Source of the DNA: Acidobacteriota bacterium
GTDB lineage: Bacteria; Acidobacteriota; UBA4820; DSQY01
Assembly: GCA_021787565.1 (NCBI GenBank)
Contig: JAJYLT010000007.1
Location: forward strand, 19,227 to 83,226
Direction: 5' to 3'
DNA length: 64,000 nt
Both the position numbers and the translations under genes were made by a program. The first letter of the stretch is position 1; every line of letters begins with the position of its first letter. Below, piece by piece: positions 28,008 to 35,896 of this stretch. The notes under the pieces were generated by a model. The model was not told the origin of the DNA and ran no database searches. It was given only the letters and a program-made list of their open reading frames with translations.

Positions 28008-28023
28008 AGCAAGAGTCTTGCCG
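28008..28023 (-). promoter_or_regulatory. Candidate sigma-54 (-24/-12) promoter of the dehydrogenase operon
   Basis: Minus strand CGGCAAGACTCTTGCT fits the consensus TGGCACG-N4-TTGCW with correct GG-N10-GC spacing. Confidence 0.55.
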
Positions 28024-28057
28024 TGGCGGTGCCGGGGTACGCCCGGTGGGCGACCGA

Positions 28058-28894
28058 CTAGGGGACGATCACCCAGCGCGGATCGGTCTCCCGCGCCTCG
28101 GACCCTGGCGGGAGGGGAAGCAGCGCGGGTTCGGGCTTCAGAGGGGAGGTGAGGTCAGAGGCTATTCCCCCGGCCAGCGCCGGGGCGAGAGCGTCGGCGC
28201 CCTCTGGCGACGGGCAGGGCAGCGTCCCCATGGCGGCTTCGATGCGGGCCGCGGGCACGCCGAAGATCCGGGCCTGGACCTCGGCATCCAGGCGAAAGAG
28301 GAGCGTGCCGTGCACCAGCACCGACCGGTTCCTGCGGGCCTGAGCGCACCCCAGCACCTTCCGGCCCCCCAGGAGCAGCGTCTCCGTGCGGTGGTCCTCG
28401 AAGCAGATGGGGGAGCGGACCGTAGGAGAGGGCGGACGGACGGCCAGCCGCTCCGTGAGGATTCCGGCGGCCGCCAGCCCGGTGCGCACGGATCCGGCGA
28501 AGGCGTCGTAGAGCCCCTGGATTCCTTGCGCCCAAGGGTGGGAGGCCGGAAGACAGAGGCAGAGCGAGAGGGCTCCGTGGTGGTAGACGGCCGTTCCCCC
28601 GGTGCTCCGCCGCAATACCGGAATGCCCTTCCGCCCGCAGAAGTCCAGGTCCACCACCCCTTCCGGGTTCTGTCCGTAGCCCAGCACGAGAACCGGCCCG
28701 GCCCAGGCGTAGGTGAGCAGATTCAGAGATCCCTGGCCCGCTTCATCGAGCAGGAGTTCCTCCAGGAGCAGGTCCGAGAGGGGCCGGTTGTTGGGGGAAT
28801 GCCACCAGTGCAGGACGGGCTCGGCCTCCAAGGTCCGCCTCCATGCTCCCGGCGAGTCTATCAGAACGGACCAAGGAGGCCCACGTTGTTTCAT
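28058..28894 (-). CDS. Lipoate-protein ligase / octanoyltransferase (LplA/LipM family)
   Basis: LGYGQ, LRRSTGGTAVYH, CFE, GRKVLGCAQ, HGTL; next to the dehydrogenase operon; start uncertain. Confidence 0.88.
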   Translation of the reverse strand: MKQRGPPWSVLIDSPGAWRRTLEAEPVLHWWHSPNNRPLSDLLLEELLLDEAGQGSLNLLTYAWAGPVLVLGYGQNPEGVVDLDFCGRKGIPVLRRSTGGTAVYHHGALSLCLCLPASHPWAQGIQGLYDAFAGSVRTGLAAAGILTERLAVRPPSPTVRSPICFEDHRTETLLLGGRKVLGCAQARRNRSVLVHGTLLFRLDAEVQARIFGVPAARIEAAMGTLPCPSPEGADALAPALAGGIASDLTSPLKPEPALLPLPPGSEARETDPRWVIVP

Positions 28895-29237
28895 GGGCGT
28901 TTCATCGGTGCAACTTCGGCTGGCAGGGTCCCTCCCTCCGAAACGTCGCCGGGGCCCAGGCGGGGCGAAACCAGGGAGGGGAGGGCTCTCCGGGGTTGAC
29001 CGAGGCCGTGCGAGCTGGGAAACGGCTCCATGCAAGAGGTCGATGTCGCCGCTCTTTTTTGTGGAATGCGAGGGAGTTTTGTGTGTTTCCCTGAAGCTCT
29101 TGACTATCCCAGCGCGGGGATGTAATTTGATAATCGTGGTTAAAGAACTCCTTGTCAGCTGGTGCGCGAAGCAGGTTGAGTAACCACAACAGGGGGTTGG
29201 GAGTCCTACAGATCGAGGTTAGGAAGAGGAGGCAGGC

Positions 29238-31916
29238 ATGTCAGAGGCCCACCGTGTAAGCGGGTTGTGCGAGACCGCGAAAGGGAGAGGGGGTACCCGC
29301 CTCGTCCGTTTCGCATCGGCCCTTCTGGCCCTGGGGGCGCTCCTCTGGTTCGCTCCCGTGCAGGCAGGTCCGGCTGAGCCGGCTGCCGTCGGCCTTGCTC
29401 CGCTGCCGTCGGCGACCTCCTCTTCGGGACTGGCCTCCAAGGGAATTTACCCTTTCCAGTCCGCCGTGCAGGGAGGCGCGGAGCGGACCATGCCCGCCGC
29501 CTTCGACCTGCGGGCCGGGGCCCCGCTGCCGCGCCTCGAGGCGCTGGGCCAGCAGCCGTCAGATCCCTGGGTTTCCGCGCTCTGGACGGGCGTGGCTCTC
29601 CAGCTCCAGGGCAGCGCGACGATCCCGGATCCCTCGGCGGCAAGCGCCTTCCGACACGATGCGCCGGGAAGCGTGGCGTCGGCCGTAAACCTCTGGGCTC
29701 AGGTCGGGCTGAAGACCCTGTCGGGCGAGCGGATGGTGCCCGAAGGCTGGCGGGCTCTGCCCCGCGGTGATCGGGCTATCCAGGAGGCTCTCCTGGGCGG
29801 GACGCCGGTTTTCTCGCTCATGGCCAGCGGATTCTCGGGCTTTGCGACCTACGATGGCAGGAGCGTGCTCAGCTATGAGGGTGAGGCCGCGGCTGACCGA
29901 TCCGTGGTCATCCTAGGCTGGAGCGACGATGCCCTCGGTACCGGACAGGGCGCCTGGCTGGTCTACAGCGGCGATCCGAGTTGGGGCGACGGTGGCATCG
30001 GGTACGTGGCCTACGGCTCCGCGGGCATCGGTACGGCCGCCACGGCCATCACGGGATTCCGCGCGGCTTCGCGAGGAGAGAGCCTCTACCTTCAGGATTA
30101 CGCCGGGCCAGACCGGCTGGCGGGGTTCGGCCGGCCGGGAGCCTGGGCCGCCGAGCGCTACGTGGCCCGCGGGAATGAGGCTCTCAAGGCGGTAGAATTC
30201 TGGCTCCCCGAGCCGGGCGCGAGCTACACGATCCGAATTTATCGGGACATTCAGGGTGGACGGCCCCAGCACCTGCTGCTGAAGCAGTCGGGCAGTGCGC
30301 AGGACTCGGGGTACGCGAGCGTGGCCCTGAACAGCCCGATCCAAGTCCAACGGGGCCAACCCTTCGTGGTGGTGCTGGGCCTTGAAGGGGCCGCAGCAAC
30401 CGGCTACCCGCTGGCGGTGGACACCCGGGACGCCGGCATGCCTTCGGACGGGGCCTACTTCAGTGCGGACGGGTTACATTTCGCGGTCTCCGAACTCCTC
30501 CGCCCCGGGTTGCGCGTGAGGGCCGTGGCCGAACAGGGAGTACCCGAGGCCACCTCGATCCTCACCTTCACCGCCAGTTCGCCGGTGGTGGCGGCGAGCC
30601 CCATGACCTTCAGCTTTGAGGCCCAGGGGACCAACGCTGCCGACGCGTTGACCTACACCCTGGACTTCGGTGATGGTACGGCCAAAGATACAGGCGCCTT
30701 GACGGCCAACACCCTGACCACCGCGGACCACACCTACGACAAGGCGGGGAGCTACGTGGCCACTTTGACGGTCACGGATACGGTGGATAACACCACCGCC
30801 ACGGCCTCCCTCACGGTCACGGTGCTGATCTCCGTCACCGCCACCTCCGACGTCAACTGCGGGCTTGCCGCGCTCAACGTCTGCTTTACCGGCGGCGCCA
30901 GTAATGGCACGCCACCCTATACCTACCTCTGGACCTTTGGAGACGGTGCTACCTCTTCAGATGCCTCCACGTGCCACGCATACCTCAAGCCGGGCACTTA
31001 CTCTGCCGTACTGTCGGTCCGTGACGCGGCCGGAGCCACGGGGCAGGGCCCTGCCCTCACCATATCGGTGAGCACCCCTATGACGGTCTCTATCCAAGCC
31101 AGCACCTTGGATGGTATTGATCCAACAGTGGTGAATTTTACGGCTTCTGTAACCGGGGGCCTACAGCCCTACAGCTACACCTGGGACTTCGGCGATGGCT
31201 CCACGGCTCCTCCCCCTACCGTCAACAATCCGCAACATGCCTTCAACGCAGGCACCAGCACCAGTTCGGGAACGCCCAACTGCTTTACGGTCACCCTTTC
31301 GGTCACCGACAACTGCCAACAGACGGTGAGCGCCAGCTCGGTGACGGTGCGTGTTCACCCGGTTCCTTGGGTCCAGATTACCTCCCCGGCGGCCGGAACC
31401 GTGGGCCACGCGAGCATCACGATCGCGGCCAATCCGGTGACCACGGCCGGCGCTACGATCACTCGCGTGGACTTCTACGTCAACGGCACCTATCTGGGCT
31501 CGGCCACCGCTCCGCCGTGGGCCATCGTCTGGGACGCCCGCGGCCTCAATGAGTCGGCCAACATCACCGCCACGGCTTACGACTCCCTGGGTAACAGCGC
31601 TAGCTCGGACGAGGACCCCTGCTCCACGGCCTCGGTCCCGGTTACCATCACCGTATCCAACCCCGCTCTGAACGGCCAGGTCCAGGCCAAGAAGGGGCCC
31701 TTCCGTGTGCGGGTCTTCGGGCTTGGCTTCATGCGCGGCTCGACGGTGTACATCAACAACGTGGCCGTCCCGCATTCCGTGGCGAAGGGCACCACGCTCG
31801 TGGTGGCGAAGGGCGGCAAGGCCTTGAAGGCCATGATCCCGCCCGGCGTACCGGTGATCCTCACGGTGAAGAACCCCGACGGGGGAGAATCCCTGAGCGT
31901 AACCTTCACGCGCTGA
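29238..31916 (+). CDS. Secreted protein: degenerate papain-like (C1A) domain, lectin-like domain, three PKD domains, Ig-like domain, basic C-terminal domain
   Basis: Signal peptide; FDLR, VVILGWSDD, GAWLV..SWGDGG; PKD motifs LDFGDG, WTFGDG, WDFGDG; RVDFYVNG. Confidence 0.8.
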   Translation: MSEAHRVSGLCETAKGRGGTRLVRFASALLALGALLWFAPVQAGPAEPAAVGLAPLPSATSSSGLASKGIYPFQSAVQGGAERTMPAAFDLRAGAPLPRLEALGQQPSDPWVSALWTGVALQLQGSATIPDPSAASAFRHDAPGSVASAVNLWAQVGLKTLSGERMVPEGWRALPRGDRAIQEALLGGTPVFSLMASGFSGFATYDGRSVLSYEGEAAADRSVVILGWSDDALGTGQGAWLVYSGDPSWGDGGIGYVAYGSAGIGTAATAITGFRAASRGESLYLQDYAGPDRLAGFGRPGAWAAERYVARGNEALKAVEFWLPEPGASYTIRIYRDIQGGRPQHLLLKQSGSAQDSGYASVALNSPIQVQRGQPFVVVLGLEGAAATGYPLAVDTRDAGMPSDGAYFSADGLHFAVSELLRPGLRVRAVAEQGVPEATSILTFTASSPVVAASPMTFSFEAQGTNAADALTYTLDFGDGTAKDTGALTANTLTTADHTYDKAGSYVATLTVTDTVDNTTATASLTVTVLISVTATSDVNCGLAALNVCFTGGASNGTPPYTYLWTFGDGATSSDASTCHAYLKPGTYSAVLSVRDAAGATGQGPALTISVSTPMTVSIQASTLDGIDPTVVNFTASVTGGLQPYSYTWDFGDGSTAPPPTVNNPQHAFNAGTSTSSGTPNCFTVTLSVTDNCQQTVSASSVTVRVHPVPWVQITSPAAGTVGHASITIAANPVTTAGATITRVDFYVNGTYLGSATAPPWAIVWDARGLNESANITATAYDSLGNSASSDEDPCSTASVPVTITVSNPALNGQVQAKKGPFRVRVFGLGFMRGSTVYINNVAVPHSVAKGTTLVVAKGGKALKAMIPPGVPVILTVKNPDGGESLSVTFTR

Positions 31917-31951
31917 TAGAGCGGGTGGTTTCCGCGATCAATTAACAGCCG

Positions 31952-31980
31952 AGGGAGGGGCTGCAAAGCCCCTCCCTTTC
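31952..31980. terminator. Hairpin terminator between convergent genes
   Basis: AGGGAGGGGCT-GCAA-AGCCCCTCCCT then TTC. Confidence 0.7.
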
Positions 31981-31993
31981 ATATCTGTAACTC

Positions 31994-33931
31994 TTACCGG
32001 ATCACGATGGGGTAGGTCAGGTTGGTCTTAACGGGGACGCCGTCCTTGAGCGCCGGGGAGTAGCGCACCCGCATCGCGGCCTCGCGGCAGGCCTCGTTCA
32101 TCCCGTAGTCCGGGGTCAGCCCCCGGACGATCTTCGCGTCGGTGACGCGCCCCGTCTCGTCGATGGTGACCTGCACGTAGATCGTTCCGTGCAGGCCATT
32201 TTGGATGGCCATGGGCGTGGCCTTGATGGACGGCTCTCCGATCTGTTTGGGGCGCGCATCCACGGCCCAGAGCTCCACGAAATCGCCGGCCTTGGTCTGC
32301 TTTGCGGGGGGGGCCTCCGCCCCGGTCTTCGCTGCAGCAGGGCTGGTGCCGGGTGAAGCCGTCGCAGGTTCGGCCGGAGATCCCGACGCGGCTGGCGAGG
32401 CGGTTCCGGCGGAGGGCGATCCCTTGCTCCCCGCCGGGGCAGGTGCGGGAGGAGGGGCGGCGGACTCTTTCGCCGGAGCGGCTGGGTGGGTCGATCCCTC
32501 GGCCGGCCGGGCGCTGGATTCGGTGAGCTGCCGCTGGGCCTCCTGCTGGACCTTCAGGCGCTTCTGGGCCTCCTCCAGGGCCTTCTGGGCCTGTGCCTTC
32601 TCCGTGGTCGTCTTGGCCGTCTGGGACTTCTGAAGGAGGGCGTCGCGCTCCTGCTGGAGGTCCTGGATCTTCTTGTTCATCTCCTCCTGCTGTGCCTTCA
32701 ACTGGCTTCGCTCCGCGCTGATCTGCGCGAGCTGCTGCTGGGCTTGGATCTCCGCCTTGGAGGGACCCCTCGGCCTGAAAAAGGCCACGTAGACCAGACC
32801 GGCCACCACCAGCAGCGCCGCTGCCACTCCGAGGCCGATGAAGAGTCCCTTGCGGCTGGGCTCCGGTTCGAGGCCGAAGGTGGACTCCTCGACGGTCGGG
32901 GAAGCAACCGGCTGGGATTCGATCGGCGCGGGCGGAGCGGGAGCCGCCGGGATCGCCGGGGCCGGTTCGGGTTTCGGCTCCGACTTGGGGTGGTAAGGTG
33001 CGCGGTCCAGCGTCCGCATGGTTTCGTCCGTGGAGGCGTCGGCCTCATCCTCTCCCCGAAAAAGGGAGTGCATGAGGAAGGCGATGTTGAAGGTAGTGGG
33101 GCTATACTCTCCCGAGGCGATGAGCTGGTCCAGGTCCCCCTTCATGGAGGCCAGCTCGGTGTAGGCCCCGGGCTGGTCCGGCAATAGGCTCTTTCTCAGG
33201 ATGGCACAGAGGTTTCCCGGGAGGGCATCGCTGGGGCCGAGGCCCTTTTCAGCCTCGCCGATGCGCGCCTCCGCGTCGAAGGGATAGCTCCCCGTGTGGA
33301 ACGGCTCTCTGAGCAAGAGCTGGAAGAAGATGGCTCCCAGCGCGTAGATGTCCGCATTGGGACGGGCCGGCTTCCCTCCGGCCAGGCTTCCGGGCAGATG
33401 CCCCAGGAGTGTTTGCAGGATAGGGTCGGCCAGCAAGGGGGTGGTCTGGAGGTCGCGGCAGAGGCCGGGGACGACCTTCACTTCGCCCTCGAAGGTCACC
33501 AGCACGCTTTCGGGAGAGAGGGCCCCGTGGAACAGCCCGCCGCCGGAGTGGGACAGGAGCGCTCCGGCCAGCCGTTCGGCCAGGTAGACCGACTGGTCGT
33601 GAGCGAGCGGCAGCCCCTCGGCCCGGCTCCTTTCGAGAAGGTCGGAGAGGAGGCGTCCGGGGCAGTGCTCGATGGCCGCGTAGGGAGTTCCGTCCACAAG
33701 GCCCGAGGCCATCAGGTTGAGCGTGTGAAGATCCCGCACGCCCGACCACTGTTTGGCATTTCTCTGGATGAGCTTGACGGCCTCCGGCGCCTTGACCACC
33801 GCAGGCGCGGGCACGAAGACGAGGCGAAGCTCCTGAGGGCCATCCAGGGGCACGGCCCGGAAGACCTCGCCCAGCGACGTCCGGGAAAAGCTCTCACCGA
33901 GGAGAAAGGCTCCAAAGGTCCGCGGCTTCAT
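31994..33931 (-). CDS. Kinase-like (pseudokinase) domain, TM helix, coiled coil, TonB C-terminal domain
   Basis: LGEVFRA, HGALSPESVLVTFEGEVKV, ADIYALGAIFFQLL; TM GLFIGLGVAAALLVVAGLVYVAFF; TonB_C GTIYVQVTIDETGRV..A..RYSPALKDGVPV. Confidence 0.85.
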   Translation of the reverse strand: MKPRTFGAFLLGESFSRTSLGEVFRAVPLDGPQELRLVFVPAPAVVKAPEAVKLIQRNAKQWSGVRDLHTLNLMASGLVDGTPYAAIEHCPGRLLSDLLERSRAEGLPLAHDQSVYLAERLAGALLSHSGGGLFHGALSPESVLVTFEGEVKVVPGLCRDLQTTPLLADPILQTLLGHLPGSLAGGKPARPNADIYALGAIFFQLLLREPFHTGSYPFDAEARIGEAEKGLGPSDALPGNLCAILRKSLLPDQPGAYTELASMKGDLDQLIASGEYSPTTFNIAFLMHSLFRGEDEADASTDETMRTLDRAPYHPKSEPKPEPAPAIPAAPAPPAPIESQPVASPTVEESTFGLEPEPSRKGLFIGLGVAAALLVVAGLVYVAFFRPRGPSKAEIQAQQQLAQISAERSQLKAQQEEMNKKIQDLQQERDALLQKSQTAKTTTEKAQAQKALEEAQKRLKVQQEAQRQLTESSARPAEGSTHPAAPAKESAAPPPAPAPAGSKGSPSAGTASPAASGSPAEPATASPGTSPAAAKTGAEAPPAKQTKAGDFVELWAVDARPKQIGEPSIKATPMAIQNGLHGTIYVQVTIDETGRVTDAKIVRGLTPDYGMNEACREAAMRVRYSPALKDGVPVKTNLTYPIVIR

Positions 33932-34090
33932 GGTGAACCCCCTTTGAAGCGAGTGTAATCGCCCGCCGGACGGGCTGTCAACGGAGCGCGCCGCAAGCCG
34001 GGGGAGGCGCGAATCGTGGCGAGGGGAGGGGGACGGCCTCGCCCCCCACGGTGCCGTGGGAGAGGGCGAGCCCGTCCCTCCATCGCCGGC

Positions 34091-35389
34091 TCACTTGGCG
34101 GGGGTGCAGCGGGCGAGCACGTCCTTCACGAAGCTCTTGTTGACCATGTAGGTGAGCATTTTGAGCTTCACGTAGTCGTCGCGGTAGTAGAAGTAGCCGT
34201 CGGGCGGCACGCGCCGCGAGGCCCTGGCCGAATCCTTGATGAGGAACCAGTCGTGGCCGCCCATGCGCGCGTACCCCACGAGATGGATGCCGTGGTCGTC
34301 CGAGGTGGCCCCGTCTTCAAACCGGAGCTCCCTCGCATCCTGGTTGATGTCGCGCCGGGGGATATCGAAGCTCGGGATGACGGCGATCTTGTTGGCGCTG
34401 GAATATCCCGGCTCGCTCACGTCGCCGCCGATGGCCACGGTGGAGCCCGCCTTGACGGCCTTCACCAGGGCGTCGTACCAGACCTCCAGGGGCACGTTGT
34501 AGTAGCTCTTGTCGTGCCACCAGTTGTCCTCCACCTTGTACTCGCCCTGGGTCCAGAAGGGGACGGACTCGGTGGACATGAAGCTCACGTAGTCATCGAG
34601 CTGAAGCTTCAGCACCTCGGTCAGGAACTGCTGAGGCGTGTAGGTCCGGCCCCCCCACTTCACCTTGGTGGGAGGAGCGCCCATGTATTTGTTCATGATC
34701 AGCTTCAGGGTGTCCAGAATTTGAGCCTCGTCCCAGCAGTCGTGGTCCTTGCAGTAGGCCAGGTAGTCCTGCATCTCCTTGAGCATCTGGGAGTGGTCGT
34801 AGCGACCGTCGGGGCTGAGGACGCCGGGGTAGGCCGACTCGGGGACGATGCCGTAGATCTTCCAGATGCGGGGAAGGGCCTCCGACTCCGAGCCCTCCTC
34901 GAAGACCGAATGGCCGCGGGTTTCGATGTACCGCTTGGCCTTCTCCAGGTATTCGTGGTAGACCGTCCACATCTCGCTGAGCTTGATCTTCTGGCCCGTC
35001 AGCCTCTCGACTTCCGACTCGAAATAGGAGGTGGTGGAGAAGGACCAGCAGGTGCCCGTGAGGTACTGGGCGACCGGGGGGAAATGCCAGCCCTGCACCT
35101 TGAAGTCGGCGGGCGAAGAGGGCCGCGCGATCTTGCTCATGTCGAAGGTGAGGTCCTTGCGCTGCGCCTCCTCCTGCTTGGCGAGGGCCTCCTGGGCGTC
35201 GTCTATGGCCCTGGTCTTCGCCTCCCTGGCCTCCGCCGCCTTGCGGTCCGCCGCTTCCATCTGGTCCAGGACGGGGTCGCTGTAGTGGGGGACGTAGTAG
35301 GCCTTGTCCGGAGGCGGAGGGGGGGCGGTCGCGGGAAGGAGCAGCGGGAACAGTGTGGCCAGTGCGGCGGTGAGAGCCAGTCGCTTCAT
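34091..35389 (-). CDS. Secreted C1-family cysteine peptidase (aminopeptidase C / bleomycin hydrolase-like)
   Basis: Signal peptide; QYLTGTCWSF (Gln and catalytic Cys), GGDVSEPG, DDHGIHLVG (catalytic His), LIKDS. Confidence 0.87.
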   Translation of the reverse strand: MKRLALTAALATLFPLLLPATAPPPPPDKAYYVPHYSDPVLDQMEAADRKAAEAREAKTRAIDDAQEALAKQEEAQRKDLTFDMSKIARPSSPADFKVQGWHFPPVAQYLTGTCWSFSTTSYFESEVERLTGQKIKLSEMWTVYHEYLEKAKRYIETRGHSVFEEGSESEALPRIWKIYGIVPESAYPGVLSPDGRYDHSQMLKEMQDYLAYCKDHDCWDEAQILDTLKLIMNKYMGAPPTKVKWGGRTYTPQQFLTEVLKLQLDDYVSFMSTESVPFWTQGEYKVEDNWWHDKSYYNVPLEVWYDALVKAVKAGSTVAIGGDVSEPGYSSANKIAVIPSFDIPRRDINQDARELRFEDGATSDDHGIHLVGYARMGGHDWFLIKDSARASRRVPPDGYFYYRDDYVKLKMLTYMVNKSFVKDVLARCTPAK

Positions 35390-35500
35390 GCATGCCTCCT
35401 GTGCGGGAGGCCGCCACCGGGGCCGGCGGATCCGGGTGCCCCCGGGGGGCCAAAGGGAAGGCTACCACCGGGGCGGGCGAATCCCCAAGGGCCGTTTGCC

Positions 35501-35638
35501 TCAGGCCGGTAGGGTGCGCGTCTCGAAAGCGGGGGGATCTTCCGGCGTGCGCTTGACGGCACACATCTCCGCCGCCCGGACCACGGCCTCCCTGTACTTC
35601 TCGGGGAAGCCTTCGGGCAGGTGGATGTCGAATTCCAT
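35501..35638 (-). pseudogene. C-terminal remnant of an OsmC-family protein (45 codons)
   Basis: Manual translation MEFDIHLPEGFPEKYREAVVRAAEMCAVKRTPEDPPAFETRTLPA*; resembles the OsmC-like C-terminus LP..FPEKY..A..RAA..C.VK; no N-terminal half. Confidence 0.65.
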
Positions 35639-35722
35639 GACGGATCTCCTCGGGGCTCCTACCGCCGGAGCCGTATGCGCTCAGAGATGCGACGACGGGG
35701 GGCAAGGTAACGCATTCGGCAC

Positions 35723-35751
35723 TTGACCGCAAGTATGTACTTACTTACACT
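35723..35751 (+). promoter_or_regulatory. Sigma70 promoter with palindromic operator in the spacer, upstream of acyl-CoA dehydrogenase
   Basis: TTGACC-N17-TACACT; near-perfect palindrome AAGTATGTACTTACTT at 35731-35746. Confidence 0.65.
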
Positions 35752-35896
35752 TGGCATGGAAGCCGCCGGGTTGCCGGCTCCAAGGGGAGGGTGCACAATA
35801 ACCTGATGAGCGAGTTCTTAGGGTCGGGGGATCGTGGTGACAGAGTCCGAAGAAGCGGCGGCCGTCCCCGCCGGCTCGGGCATGGAGGCGTGAGCG

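Noticed and set aside
35800-35860. Hammerhead ribozyme core (CTGATGAG) in the acyl-CoA dehydrogenase leader
   Set aside because: No stem II followed by GAAA; the core cannot be completed.
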